A stretch of 64,000 bases of DNA from a virus (IMGVR_UViG_3300023184_000045:59498-123497), one strand, 5' to 3'. Counted from the first letter of the stretch, positions 9,955-20,313 are shown. A program made the numbers and translations. Notes: a model not told the origin generated them from the sequence alone.

Positions 9955-10606
9955 AATTTAATTCAAATAATATTAAATGAGGTGTTCCAATTGGCACTAC
10001 AAAACTAATTTGATCTATTTCTATTGCATCACCTTCGGTTAATACGATATCGTTAATAGTGCAGCTTCCTTCTAGTACCAGTAAGTAACTAAAGTCATTC
10101 GTTTTTAGATTTTGATCTAGTATTCCTGCCCAACAACTAAACCTAGTATTTTTAAACACTATAGGCAGCGGAGCAAAGCCTGCAGGGCGATCAAAAAAAT
10201 TGTATTTAGGAGTTTGATCCCAATCTATTGTATTAGGATAAATCCATATTTGCAAATATCTATTAGACTCTGAGCTTTCATTAGACAATTCGTGCCATAT
10301 ACTATCACCGCACCAAAAATGTTGCACTTGCCCAGCACGAGCTATATTATCATTGCCAATGTTATCCCGATGTCTACATTGTCCAGCAATGACATAATTG
10401 ATTATGTCTAGTCCGCAATGTTCATGCCAGCTGGTAATAAATCCCGGTTTAGTTCTATCATCATTGATTGTTGTCACCGGACCCCAGTTTGTATACTTAG
10501 GATCGCGATAATTCATACAACTAAAACTACGATAACTTTGATAGTTGTCTTCCCCTAAACGATTTAATGGAATAAATCCTCTAGTATCTGCTGGTCTAAT
10601 TTTCAT
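9953..10606 (-). CDS. Pirin-family cupin protein (YhhW-like)
   Basis: SYRSFS, GP...INDD, WHEH, INYV..G...HRD..GN, GQVQ and IWH follow the pirin N-terminal cupin pattern. Confidence 0.85.
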   Translation of the reverse strand: MKIRPADTRGFIPLNRLGEDNYQSYRSFSCMNYRDPKYTNWGPVTTINDDRTKPGFITSWHEHCGLDIINYVIAGQCRHRDNIGNDNIARAGQVQHFWCGDSIWHELSNESSESNRYLQIWIYPNTIDWDQTPKYNFFDRPAGFAPLPIVFKNTRFSCWAGILDQNLKTNDFSYLLVLEGSCTINDIVLTEGDAIEIDQISFVVPIGTPHLILFELN

Positions 10607-10624
10607 ATACAGTATTTAATAGCC

Positions 10625-10653
10625 GTAAAAAAGCCTACTATAAAAGTAGGCTT
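10625..10653 (-). terminator. Intrinsic terminator downstream of 10674-11060
   Basis: Stem AAGCCTACT (10631-10639) / AGTAGGCTT (10645-10653), followed by a U-run on the minus strand. Confidence 0.8.
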
Positions 10654-10673
10654 GATTTTTAAATAACTACTGA

Positions 10674-11060
10674 TTAACAGTCGTTAACAATACTGTAGCC
10701 AACTAACTCGCCGTCCCAAACACGAACACTAGTTAGACCAGTTGTTGCATTAATTGCATCTTCTAGTAGACTGTTACGTAGCTGATCGGCTGCTGCACGG
10801 TTTGAGGGAAACGGTGCTGTTTCTGCACTGGCAATAACTGTAAACCAATGATTATCTGGCTTACCAATTCCGTACAATTCAATGCTTTGTTGCAATCCTC
10901 TAATAGCTTTTGAGTACAAACTATTTGGTAATAGATAGTTGGTTTCTACATCTTGCTGCATATCAACTTGAAAAAACGCTAGATTGCGAGTTCCCATAGT
11001 TGTTGTTGGTTGTGTTTTCTGATAATTAACTGCTAAGTCTGTTCCGGTTAAATCTGCCAT
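10674..11060 (-). CDS. Small putative capsid-associated protein
   Basis: 128 aa, directly downstream of the major capsid gene. Own GATAAATA promoter (11087-11094), AAGGAG SD and terminator. Confidence 0.55.
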   Translation of the reverse strand: MADLTGTDLAVNYQKTQPTTTMGTRNLAFFQVDMQQDVETNYLLPNSLYSKAIRGLQQSIELYGIGKPDNHWFTVIASAETAPFPSNRAAADQLRNSLLEDAINATTGLTSVRVWDGELVGYSIVNDC

Positions 11061-11123
11061 ATTGGCTCCTTTTAATTTAGTAATAATATTTATCTGAATT
11101 TAATAATTTATTATTGGTTAGCC

Positions 11124-11149
11124 AACAAAAAAGGCTCCGAAGAGCCTTT
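11124..11149 (-). terminator. Intrinsic terminator of the major capsid gene with a C(UUCG)G tetraloop
   Basis: Minus strand reads AAAGGCTC-TTCG-GAGCCTTT-TTTG. UUCG terminators are typical of T4-like phages. Confidence 0.9.
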
Positions 11150-11192
11150 AATGTAACTTCCCATCCCAAAGGTAAAAAGTTTGGTTCTACTA

Positions 11193-12371
11193 TTAATAGA
11201 ACGATAAGTTTTGTACAGCAATCTCAGAAACGTAGTCGCCTGCGTTGCCTAAAGAACTTGCTGTGTTGGTCAACTCAACATAACCATAACGTGTCATGAA
11301 GCCAACTACTGGTTCAAAAGTAGATGGATCCAACACAACACCACTGCTCATTAATGGAACATATGGGCAATAAAATGCTGCTGCATCAGCTTCGCTGGAA
11401 CCTTTGTATCCAACTAGAACTGGCTTAGCGTCGTCAGCATAAGAGTCAACGAAAATACGCATTGCGCCATTTAATGTACCAACAAACTTGGTGTTTGTAG
11501 GAGCTTCAAATGTACCTTCAGTAGTGCGAGCAAAAGCCGAAGTAGTTGCAGACTGTAGCACAGTTAGTGCTGCAGGAGAAACAACTGCCCAGTTAGCAGC
11601 GCCACGACGTGTACGTTGAGCAATCAAGTTAGCTGCGCGGTTAATCAATACTGCTAGTGCAGCATGCTCGTCACCAACGAAGGTAGCTGTGCCAGATACG
11701 GCAGCTTGGTTATAATAGAGTTCAGTTGCGGCCAAAGCACGTAATGAACCTAAAACTTCCTGATCAATCTCAACTGTAATTTCTTGTGCTAGTGCAGCCA
11801 TGATTTCTGCCTCAACATCCAAACCGTGCATGGCTTGAGCGTCTTGAGCAGCTTCAAATGTCCAACGAGCAGATAGCTTACGAGTACGAGCCTCAACTAC
11901 TTGCTTCAAGATTTGAACATTGATCTTACGACCTGGTTCGCCTTCAAGCGACGCAGTGGAAGATGCTTTACCAGTACCAGCATTGCCAGAATAAGCATTA
12001 GCAATCTTGAACGGGCTCAATGCTTCGTCACCGGCTGCGGTGTCAGTGTTGTAACCGCTGGTGTCATTCATTGTTTCTGCATAACGTACACGTAGAGTGT
12101 GGATCTGTGCAACAGGTCCGGTCATTGGCTGAACACCAACAATTTCGTTAGCAATAACAGTAGGCATTACACGACGGATAACTGGAAGAATCACACGGTT
12201 AAGTGTAGACATGTTTCCAGATGTTGTTGAACCAGCAGTTACCGATTCAGCCAATTGGCGACGTGTGTTTTCTAGGATGATTCCCATTGTTGTGCGGCGT
12301 GGGCCTTGTAAGCCTTCAAGCAGGGCATCTTTAGTCTCGCCCCAACGGCCTTCTAATAGTTCTTGTGTCAT
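11193..12371 (-). CDS. gp23: Major capsid protein, T4 gp23-like
   Basis: LPVIRRVMPTVIANEIVGVQPMTGP, RKLSARWTFEAAQD, AEI..EID.EVL, YCPYVPL and PVVGFMTRYG are gp23-family motifs. Confidence 0.95.
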   Translation of the reverse strand: MTQELLEGRWGETKDALLEGLQGPRRTTMGIILENTRRQLAESVTAGSTTSGNMSTLNRVILPVIRRVMPTVIANEIVGVQPMTGPVAQIHTLRVRYAETMNDTSGYNTDTAAGDEALSPFKIANAYSGNAGTGKASSTASLEGEPGRKINVQILKQVVEARTRKLSARWTFEAAQDAQAMHGLDVEAEIMAALAQEITVEIDQEVLGSLRALAATELYYNQAAVSGTATFVGDEHAALAVLINRAANLIAQRTRRGAANWAVVSPAALTVLQSATTSAFARTTEGTFEAPTNTKFVGTLNGAMRIFVDSYADDAKPVLVGYKGSSEADAAAFYCPYVPLMSSGVVLDPSTFEPVVGFMTRYGYVELTNTASSLGNAGDYVSEIAVQNLSFY

Positions 12372-12398
12372 TTTTCTTTCCTTTAAGGTTTAACTATA

Positions 12399-13493
12399 TT
12401 ATTTTAACCCTGCCAACCGACGTAGTTCAACAACATTAGTGTTAACTTGAACCGGCGTTTTAGCAGTTTTATCTCCAGTTACTGCAACATGGCCTTCGTT
12501 AAGAGTAGTCGAAGACTTCTCTTTTGTAGGACCAGATGTCAGTACTGCTGGAAGATACTTATCAAATGCATTCTTCAATTTATCAGTCTGCACGTTTTCA
12601 AGAAGCTCACGCATTACTGTTTGCTTCTCGCGGGTAAGAGTACCCAATAATCCAGAAATTACTTCCTTACGATTAATACTCTCTTTAATCACGCGAATTT
12701 CGCGATCTTTTGATTCAACAATTTGTTGCGCGTCGGTTGCGACTTTGGAAGTCTCATTGATTTGCTTTTGCTGATGATTAATAATCTGTTTTAGTTTTTG
12801 CAATTCACGATTTTCATTAAGGTGAGTTAACGAAAATTCTCCGGCAAAAGCTTCGAAAATACGACGACCAAACATGTTCTCGCGAGCAAGTTGAATGTCT
12901 TCCTTGAGTTGTGTTAGTTCTGCACCTAGTTTAGTGGATACCGATTCTTTAACAAGTTGTGCGCTGCTGGCAATAAAACGATGTTGTAGATCACTAATTT
13001 TTCTCTTGGCTTCAGCAACCAATTTAACTTTAGTTTCAACTACAGCTTGTTTGTCTTGTGCAAATTCTCTAATTTCATTTGTTAGTGCTTTAACAATGAA
13101 CTGTTCGAGACGGCGATAGTTTTCCAATTGGATCTTACGGTCTTTGTGCAGCTCTTTAATTTCTTCAGCTAGTTTAGTAGCCATGAAATTATTAAATCTG
13201 CCCGCACTTTCCATCATGTGGTTTTTAACACGCACACGATCTTCAACTACAGCTTGCTTCTCACCAACAAATTCTTCAATTTCTTTGGCAAGACTTTCAG
13301 TAACCATTTTGTCTAGAGCTTCGACCATTACTTGTTTGTCATGATTGTAGCGGCTAGCCATTTCTTCGCGCAATTCAGCACGAATACTTTCACGGGCTTC
13401 ATTTAACTTAGTTTCCCAAGCTTCATTGATAGCTGTGCGAGTTTCCTCGTTAACAATGCCACTATCTAATAATGGTTTGATAGCATCAAACAT
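12399..13493 (-). CDS. gp22: Prohead core scaffolding protein, T4 gp22-like
   Basis: 364 aa, helical and E/K-rich. Lies between the protease and capsid genes, as gp22 does in T4. Confidence 0.8.
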   Translation of the reverse strand: MFDAIKPLLDSGIVNEETRTAINEAWETKLNEARESIRAELREEMASRYNHDKQVMVEALDKMVTESLAKEIEEFVGEKQAVVEDRVRVKNHMMESAGRFNNFMATKLAEEIKELHKDRKIQLENYRRLEQFIVKALTNEIREFAQDKQAVVETKVKLVAEAKRKISDLQHRFIASSAQLVKESVSTKLGAELTQLKEDIQLARENMFGRRIFEAFAGEFSLTHLNENRELQKLKQIINHQQKQINETSKVATDAQQIVESKDREIRVIKESINRKEVISGLLGTLTREKQTVMRELLENVQTDKLKNAFDKYLPAVLTSGPTKEKSSTTLNEGHVAVTGDKTAKTPVQVNTNVVELRRLAGLK

Positions 13494-13505
13494 AATAGCT
13501 TTCTC

Positions 13506-14141
13506 CTATAATTTTAAGTCTTTGATCAAGCGAGTTACCTGCTCTTTCAAATACTTCTGCACTTTTTTGTCGTCCTGAGCATCACGAGCTATTTCTAGCG
13601 CCTTGTGCCCATGTTTCATATTAAACAAACCTTCATAGATGGCTGTTGGATATGCATGTGGCGCACTAGGTTGTGCTACAATGTCAACTGTGACTATCTC
13701 GAATTCACTGACGTGCCCAGTGCCTTCGCTGACGTTACCGCTACCGCGGCTTGAAACACCCAATTTAACACCACTTTCTAACATGGTTCGGACTAACTGT
13801 CCCATAGGTGTTGGTAGAATCTTTAGCTTGCCGCAGCCTGCAGGTCCGTCCATCCACATTTGTTCAATCATGTGGCTAACACGGTCCAGATTAATTTTTA
13901 AATCATCTGGGTGGTCTACTTCGCCCAAGACGCTGTAGCCACCTTTGATTTGTTCATTAATCTCTGACACTGCTTTGGTAATTTCATTAACAGGATAAAT
14001 GCGCTCGTTTAGATTTCTTACGCCGCCTTCAATGAAAATACCTTTCATGTAGCACTCTTTGACTGAGCCAGACTTGCTATCCTCGTAGAGGACTTCCATG
14101 CCAGCACGGTCAAAGGTAAGATTTTCTTTTAAATAAGCCAT
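13506..14141 (-). CDS. gp21: Prohead protease, T4 gp21-like
   Basis: KGIF, N.N.RIYP, LGEVDHP, RVSH and GVSSRGSG are T4 prohead protease motifs with catalytic His and Ser. Confidence 0.93.
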   Translation of the reverse strand: MAYLKENLTFDRAGMEVLYEDSKSGSVKECYMKGIFIEGGVRNLNERIYPVNEITKAVSEINEQIKGGYSVLGEVDHPDDLKINLDRVSHMIEQMWMDGPAGCGKLKILPTPMGQLVRTMLESGVKLGVSSRGSGNVSEGTGHVSEFEIVTVDIVAQPSAPHAYPTAIYEGLFNMKHGHKALEIARDAQDDKKVQKYLKEQVTRLIKDLKL

Positions 14142-14151
14142 TATATACCAA

Positions 14152-15096
14152 TTAACGAGTTGTCTTACGTACTGCTCTACGTGACTCAGCTACTACGCTA
14201 GACTTAACAACTGGAACCGATCCATCAGTGGTTTGTCCTTCTTTGCCATGATTCTTTTCATAGCTGGTTTCTTTACCGTTGTAGAACTTGTCAGCACCTT
14301 TGCCACCCGGTACATTAACTTGGCGCTTAGTAACGTCAATTTGACCAGAGTTTTTGCTGTATTCGTTCTTTGGCATAGAATAAGCACGACCTTCAGGAGC
14401 CGATTCAGATCCACCTTTAACAATATTGCCGGATGTTCCGCCCATATTGTTCTTAGGTTGATTTAGGCTTTTAGAGTTAATTGGCGCACTACCGTCGTTG
14501 CCAACTAGTTTACCTTCTGGTGCGCTTTTCTTTTCAGCGCCGTGACCATCTTTAACTGGAATAACATATTCCATTAGTTCGTCGGTGTCCATCATGCTGT
14601 GCTCGTCGCCGCCCATGCCACCCATGTCGTGCATACTAACATCGCCATGAATGCCTGGCTCGCCGTGTTCTTCGTTTTCTTCGCCGGCTACGATTCGATC
14701 AAATTTAGCACTTAAAGCATCTAATTCTGCTTCTAGGTCCATAACGCGGTCAGACAATTCTTGCTCGCCGCCCATTTCGCCGTCCATTTCACTGCCGCCT
14801 TCTTCGTGCTCTGCGCCTTCTTCTTCGTCGCTTTCGCCTTCTTCGTGCTCTGCGCCTTCTTCGTCATTGCCAAATGGATTTTCTTCCTCTTCTTCGTGCA
14901 TACCGTGTTCGTCATCAGAAATTTCGTCAACTAAGTTGTCAACTCCGCTTCCAGATTGTTGAATAGCTGGCTCTTCGTCAATTAAGTTTTCATAGATTGA
15001 TCTTGATTTCTCAACAACGATTTGATGAAAAAGCTCACGTGCTTTATCTTCTTGCTCATTGATGATATATTCAATTAACTTTTCAAATTGGTTCAT
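14152..15096 (-). CDS. Acidic prohead core/internal protein, positional analogue of gp67/gp68
   Basis: 314 aa, very D/E-rich, between portal and protease. Own late promoter (15132-15139) and AAGGAG SD. Confidence 0.55.
   Translation of the reverse strand: MNQFEKLIEYIINEQEDKARELFHQIVVEKSRSIYENLIDEEPAIQQSGSGVDNLVDEISDDEHGMHEEEEENPFGNDEEGAEHEEGESDEEEGAEHEEGGSEMDGEMGGEQELSDRVMDLEAELDALSAKFDRIVAGEENEEHGEPGIHGDVSMHDMGGMGGDEHSMMDTDELMEYVIPVKDGHGAEKKSAPEGKLVGNDGSAPINSKSLNQPKNNMGGTSGNIVKGGSESAPEGRAYSMPKNEYSKNSGQIDVTKRQVNVPGGKGADKFYNGKETSYEKNHGKEGQTTDGSVPVVKSSVVAESRRAVRKTTR
14796..14862. repeat. 28-bp direct repeat with 39-nt period (EEEGAEHEEG x2)
   Basis: CGCCTTCTTCGTGCTCTGCGCCTTCTTC at 14796-14823 and 14835-14862. 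Confidence 0.9.
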
Positions 15097-15194
15097 AGGA
15101 ATCTCCTTGTAATTATGTATTCGCTTAATGATATTTACATAATATTACAATATTATGCATTAAATGGTGGTTTTTTGAATGATTTCAACTATTT

Positions 15195-15422
15195 TTACAT
15201 AGGTGGCACGCCAGTTGCTGGCGGCTTGAATTGTTTTGCTACATCTTCAACTTCTTTTTGACGTTCAAATGTACGCAGGTCATTCATAATTCTGAGTCGT
15301 TTAATCTGCATTAAAGTAAGCCTGCTTTTGCGGGTGTCAGTCATCTTTTTGATGCTATTATCATCATTTTCCGAACTGTAACCTTCGGCCCGATTAGTAC
15401 TAAAAAATTCAGTTATAAACAT
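15195..15422 (-). CDS. Small hypothetical protein of the head module
   Basis: 75 aa between the portal and core-protein genes. GGTAAATA lies 6 nt upstream of the ATG. Confidence 0.7.
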   Translation of the reverse strand: MFITEFFSTNRAEGYSSENDDNSIKKMTDTRKSRLTLMQIKRLRIMNDLRTFERQKEVEDVAKQFKPPATGVPPM

Positions 15423-15448
15423 ATAGAATATTTACCAAAAATAACAAA

Positions 15449-17194
15449 TTACATTACGCCTGGCATGTTGGGCATTGGTGCTCCGCCGCCAGGCATTGGT
15501 GCTGCTCCTACACCAGGTGCTCCAGGCATGCTGCCGGCTGCTCCAGGCATACCACCTTCCATGCCAGGCATGGCGCCGTCCAGTCCAGGTAGTGCATTTG
15601 CTGTATCCAAATCGCCGCTGATTGCACCGGGTGTAATACCCACACTGCGCAATCCAACTGCGTTTTCGTTATCTGCTGTTTTGGTTTCGCCTTGCTCTTC
15701 AAGCCAGGCTTGTTCGTTTTCGCTCATTTCTTGCTCAGTTAGTCCTAAGTAGCGTTTCATTAAGAAACGTTTGCTAAAGTAAGGAAACTGCTCTAGCTGC
15801 CCGTAAGTATTAATACGTGCTGCATCCACTTCAGTTTGGCGATATTGTGCAAAGTTTTGCGGCTCATTGAGCTCTAATGTAAACAATTGACTGTCTATGT
15901 TAATGCCTCTCCAACGCATGAACATTTTAAATTCTTTGTCTAACGTGCCAGAAATCATGTTCTGTAGTCTGATACAATAGCGGTTAAATCTCCACTCTTG
16001 AATTAGTGCAGTACCAACACGCCCATCTGTAATAGATGCAGTGCCGTCGTCTGCGCCTGTGGGCAAATAGCTGCTGGGAATACGTAGTCCACGGAACAAC
16101 TTGTTGGTAAAGAAACGCAAGTCTGTGATCTCGCCCAAGTTCTGTCCGCCTTGCAATACTTCAACTTTGCTGCCGCGACCTTCTGCTGTTTGCGGAAAGA
16201 AGAAGTCTTCGTTGGTAGAAATAGGATTGTATGTAGCATCCATCATGTTGGCGCCGCCGCCAGTTTGACTAGGAATACGACGCTGTTGGATTTCGTTTTT
16301 AACACGCTCAACAAAGGCCATGGCCATGTGGCTGGGCATGTTGCCAACGTCTACGTAAAATGCTCTGCGCTCTGGCGCACGTTGCACACGATAGATAATA
16401 ATAGCATCTTCAATTAGTTCTTTTTGCTTGAACACCTTAAAGATATTTTCCAACACGCTGTTACCAAAAGGCCAGTTAATGTCCAAGCCTTCTGTTAGGC
16501 TCAAATGCACTATGTGTTCAGCATTGATTGCAGCTTCGTTCTGTGCATTGGTAAATCTACTACCGCCAGAAAATGGGGTTGCTGGTTGCACATAAGATCC
16601 ATTCGATGCGCCCGACTGCGGGTGGCTCATGTATGCATCTGTTGTGCTAACTGCTGTCACAGTTAGATTTTTAAAGTTGGGCTGTATTTCTCTAAGCACG
16701 TATTGCTCAGGTTCTTTGCCTTCGGACTCATTGACAATGACCTTGACAACTTTATTCATTTCAACCCACATGAGTTTAAATGTTTCTGGATCACGTACAA
16801 AAACTTGATCTCCATACTTTAACGTATTTCTAACTATTTTAAAGATACGTTTGTTTAATTCGTTCAAGGTAACCCACTGCTGTAACTGTTCCTTGATCAA
16901 GTCAACTTCAGTATCAGTTGGTTTTTCTTTGTAATTCAATTTAAATGGTAAGCTGGTTGTTTCATCAGGTTGGCTGCTGAATTCAGCAAGAATATCCAAT
17001 GCTGCGTTGATTTCCGAGTCTTGATCCATCTGCTCATATTGATTGTAACGCTCAATACGGTTGGGATGACCAACATAAACTTCGGGCAAGTTACTTTGAT
17101 AATTTCTATAGCTAGGGCTGCCTTGGGCCGCGCCGTTAGGAACGGGACTGAGCATAGCAGGGTTAGGGGATTTAAAGTATTTTTTCCAGGCCAT
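15449..17194 (-). CDS. gp20: Portal vertex protein, T4 gp20-like
   Basis: EDAIIIYRVQRAPERRAFYVDVGNMP, EDFFFP..AEGRGSKVEVL.GGQNLG and LFRGLRIPSSYL are gp20 hallmarks. Gly/Pro/Met-rich C-terminal tail. Confidence 0.95.
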   Translation of the reverse strand: MAWKKYFKSPNPAMLSPVPNGAAQGSPSYRNYQSNLPEVYVGHPNRIERYNQYEQMDQDSEINAALDILAEFSSQPDETTSLPFKLNYKEKPTDTEVDLIKEQLQQWVTLNELNKRIFKIVRNTLKYGDQVFVRDPETFKLMWVEMNKVVKVIVNESEGKEPEQYVLREIQPNFKNLTVTAVSTTDAYMSHPQSGASNGSYVQPATPFSGGSRFTNAQNEAAINAEHIVHLSLTEGLDINWPFGNSVLENIFKVFKQKELIEDAIIIYRVQRAPERRAFYVDVGNMPSHMAMAFVERVKNEIQQRRIPSQTGGGANMMDATYNPISTNEDFFFPQTAEGRGSKVEVLQGGQNLGEITDLRFFTNKLFRGLRIPSSYLPTGADDGTASITDGRVGTALIQEWRFNRYCIRLQNMISGTLDKEFKMFMRWRGINIDSQLFTLELNEPQNFAQYRQTEVDAARINTYGQLEQFPYFSKRFLMKRYLGLTEQEMSENEQAWLEEQGETKTADNENAVGLRSVGITPGAISGDLDTANALPGLDGAMPGMEGGMPGAAGSMPGAPGVGAAPMPGGGAPMPNMPGVM

Positions 17195-17248
17195 TATAAT
17201 GAATCTCTCTATTAGCTATATTTATCGTTCGTAATTTACCATTGCGCA

Positions 17249-20200
17249 TTAATAACTATTTTGCAACAGCGACCGTGTATAGTCTTTGTTTTCGGACATT
17301 AGACTAATCAAGTTATCAGTTTTGGTCATATGCTCTTGCATTGAATCCAATTGTTTAGTTAATACATCATATAATTTTGATTGATCCATATTAGCAGTCT
17401 GAGTTGGTTGTTCAGATTTTACTTCTTTGGGTCCCGGCACAGCCTGAACTTTATTACTTTCTGTAATTGCATTTAACAGTCTAGTGTAGGTGTTTGACAA
17501 TTCAGAATTTGTTAAATTCTGCTGCTGTGCTTGTCCAATTGATTTCAAATTTGAATTTACAGCATCAGCAAAATCTTTGTTAGTGGCATTTTGAATTGCT
17601 AATGTGTTGCTGACTATTCCACCAAACATTGTTGTTTCTTCTATTGCACGTTGTATTTGTTGACTAGTAGTGTCATTGTTTTTGTCTTGATCTGTTGTTA
17701 GCGACGTAGACAAATTGCTAATCATATTATTAGCAGTATCAGTAAATTGCGTAAACAAAGACTTAATTGCTCCCGGATCAAATGCAGTCTTATTAGCAGT
17801 ATCAATAAATTGCGTAAACAAAGACTTAATTGACTCTGGGTCAGATTCTGATTTCTGGCCTGCAAAACCTGTTATAATTGATTTTATATCAGATCCAAAA
17901 CCAGTTAGCATATTGCTAAACTGCGGAACTAAATTGTCTAACCCGGGTGGCATTGTCGATTCAACTTTAATGCTAACATCTTTTTCTAATACATCTGATA
18001 GTTTGCTTGCTGCACCCAGTACAGAATTTTGCAACATTGTTCCAGTTGTTGTTAAACTATCAATGAAATCTTTCATTGGTGTTTGAGTTTGTGTATTTGT
18101 GTTTGTATCTGCTGTTATAGATACAGTAGGAGTAGCTATTAATCCAGCATTGTATTCGGCAGTTTCTTTAGGGTTTAGTACACGTTCCCCAGCATGCACT
18201 AATAAGACTCTAGTGCTAGGTTCAACTGCTGCGCCGTAGTGCTTGCCTGTACCATCTAGTCTAGTATTTTTAGGGCTAGAAAAGAACTCAGTAATTCCAG
18301 CAATAAGTGCGCCAACTACACCGCCGCCTACGGCGCCAACTACACCGCCGCCTACGGTACCAACAACCGGTAATGCAAATGATGATGCTGTAGCAAGAGC
18401 TGGCGCACCTATTGATGCGCCAGTAACGGCTCCACTTGCAGCAGCAGTAGCAACCCTTAGTGTTTTATCCCACATGCCTTCAGCTTTGGCTGAAGCTTCT
18501 CCAGGTTTGATTTTAGCTATTTGATCTGCAATGTCAGAAAATGTTTTAGATATTTCTTCTAACATTTTTTCTGTTACTTTAGAATACCCAGCAATCAGCG
18601 GATCCATGGCTTTTTGTAGCTTTAGTGCCATGTCTTGCGCAGCCACAGTGGCTTTAGTTAAAGATTCTGTTAACGGATCAGTTGTTACTTGTTGGTTTTT
18701 AATTTGAGCAGCAACATTTCCAACTGCGTCAGCTGTGACTTTTCCATTTAAATTCAAAGCGTCTAGGCCAGCTTTAGCAACGCCAGACACAGAATCAACT
18801 CCATTATATGCTGCAAGAGCTAAATCTTTAGATCCCAAAACACTATTGTTTATAGTGTCTCTAAACTTTATTGTAGTTTGGTTTACTGTTGTAACATTTA
18901 AATTATTATCATCTAATAGCCGTTTTAACGTTTCACCTTTTTCTCTCATGCCAGCAAATTGTGCCTCGGCAATCGCACCATCTTTGTTAACTACTTGTCC
19001 ATAAATTACACGATCTCTAAGATTTTTTGCGTCCTGGGCGGTCATTGCTGCCATTGCTGTTTCTAGTTGTGCTCGCTGCTCTGGCGATCGTCTTGACATT
19101 TCTTGTTGGAAAGCCAGTATTTGATTTTCAGCAGCTACTGCTTCTATTCTTTTCTTAGCATCTTCGCCGGTTAGTGCAGCAATGGTTCTGAGATTTTCTG
19201 CATATTTCTTTGTTTGTTCTGCAACCTGAGTGTCTGATGCCAAAAACGGTTTACCAGACACACCCTTCATTCGTTGCATAGTTTCTGCAACTAAATCCGC
19301 TTGTTCCTCAAATCCAAATCCCAATTTAAGCAATTGTGTTTGCATCTCTTTGCCGCCACGGGCCAAGACTCCGCCGATTCTTCTTGACCCTTCGCCGACT
19401 CCCATACCAAGTTGGGATAAATTTCCAGACTGTCTACTAATTACGTCAGAGAACTGATTAACTGTTAGTCCTGCTGCTGTTGACGCTGTACGCATTCCTT
19501 GCACACCATCAGCAAATAATGCACCAGCTGTATTAGTTTTCTGAAATGCTTCAACAGATTTTTTTACTTCGGTACTTAGGACTTCAATTCCAAATTTAGC
19601 AAGTTTACTGCCTTCTTGCCCAATGAAACCTAACGCTGTCCCAGCAACAGTTGCTGCAAGCCCCAGCCCCCGAAGCTTTGGATTAGTTGAATGTTGTAGG
19701 ACAGAACCCAATCCTGTGGCAGCACCACTTGCAGCACTCATACCTGCGCCAGCTACATCTACCGCAGCAGACATTGCGCCAGCTGCTAAATCAACACTAC
19801 TTGCGCCGCTTTGTAATCCTTTAACAAACTGCCCTGTTCCCCCAGCAAAGGCTTGTCCCATTTGAACAGTGGCTTTTATTGCGCCTAATGTAAAATTACC
19901 TAGTGCAGCTTGTGCATTATGCGATGCAGCAGCTTCTCTTACCCGAGCTTTTTCTTGTATTAATAAATCTCTAGTAACTATGTCGTGGGCATCGCTAGCT
20001 TGCCCAATGGCTTTTTCTAACTCTTCAAGTTTGTCTGTTACATCTGCATACGTTTGGGCTGTATTAGTTAATACAGATTTAAATAGCTTTTGGCTAGCAG
20101 TAGATTTTTTAAGTTCGCTAGAAAAATTTAACAAGCTTCTACGCACTTCGTCTTGTCTTTTTGCGTCTTCTTCGCCGGCTCTGCTTGTAATGTTACGACT

Positions 20201-20260
20201 CAAAGCTTCGGCTAATGCATCGCCTATGCCTGTATAATCGTCGCGATCTAATGCTGCCAT
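17249..20260 (-). CDS. Tape-measure-like protein
   Basis: 1003 aa, helical and Ala/Gly-rich, with hydrophobic glycine-zipper segments (GTVGGGVVGAVGGGVVG). Divergent from the tail chaperone genes. Confidence 0.6.
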   Translation of the reverse strand: MAALDRDDYTGIGDALAEALSRNITSRAGEEDAKRQDEVRRSLLNFSSELKKSTASQKLFKSVLTNTAQTYADVTDKLEELEKAIGQASDAHDIVTRDLLIQEKARVREAAASHNAQAALGNFTLGAIKATVQMGQAFAGGTGQFVKGLQSGASSVDLAAGAMSAAVDVAGAGMSAASGAATGLGSVLQHSTNPKLRGLGLAATVAGTALGFIGQEGSKLAKFGIEVLSTEVKKSVEAFQKTNTAGALFADGVQGMRTASTAAGLTVNQFSDVISRQSGNLSQLGMGVGEGSRRIGGVLARGGKEMQTQLLKLGFGFEEQADLVAETMQRMKGVSGKPFLASDTQVAEQTKKYAENLRTIAALTGEDAKKRIEAVAAENQILAFQQEMSRRSPEQRAQLETAMAAMTAQDAKNLRDRVIYGQVVNKDGAIAEAQFAGMREKGETLKRLLDDNNLNVTTVNQTTIKFRDTINNSVLGSKDLALAAYNGVDSVSGVAKAGLDALNLNGKVTADAVGNVAAQIKNQQVTTDPLTESLTKATVAAQDMALKLQKAMDPLIAGYSKVTEKMLEEISKTFSDIADQIAKIKPGEASAKAEGMWDKTLRVATAAASGAVTGASIGAPALATASSFALPVVGTVGGGVVGAVGGGVVGALIAGITEFFSSPKNTRLDGTGKHYGAAVEPSTRVLLVHAGERVLNPKETAEYNAGLIATPTVSITADTNTNTQTQTPMKDFIDSLTTTGTMLQNSVLGAASKLSDVLEKDVSIKVESTMPPGLDNLVPQFSNMLTGFGSDIKSIITGFAGQKSESDPESIKSLFTQFIDTANKTAFDPGAIKSLFTQFTDTANNMISNLSTSLTTDQDKNNDTTSQQIQRAIEETTMFGGIVSNTLAIQNATNKDFADAVNSNLKSIGQAQQQNLTNSELSNTYTRLLNAITESNKVQAVPGPKEVKSEQPTQTANMDQSKLYDVLTKQLDSMQEHMTKTDNLISLMSENKDYTRSLLQNSY
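17727..17832. repeat. 43-bp direct repeat with 63-nt period in the tape-measure-like gene
   Basis: TTATTAGCAGTATCA(G/A)TAAATTGCGTAAACAAAGACTTAATTG at 17727-17769 and 17790-17832 with one mismatch. Encodes IKSLFTQF(I/T)DTAN twice. Confidence 0.9.
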
Positions 20261-20283
20261 TTATTTCTTCCAAAAAATATGTA

Positions 20284-20313
20284 TATAAATACAAATGCTC
20301 ACTTATATTTATA
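20284..20313. promoter_or_regulatory. Face-to-face pair of perfect T4 late promoters
   Basis: TATAAATA on plus at 20284-20291 and on minus at 20306-20313, between the divergent genes starting at 20260 and 20326. Confidence 0.8.
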
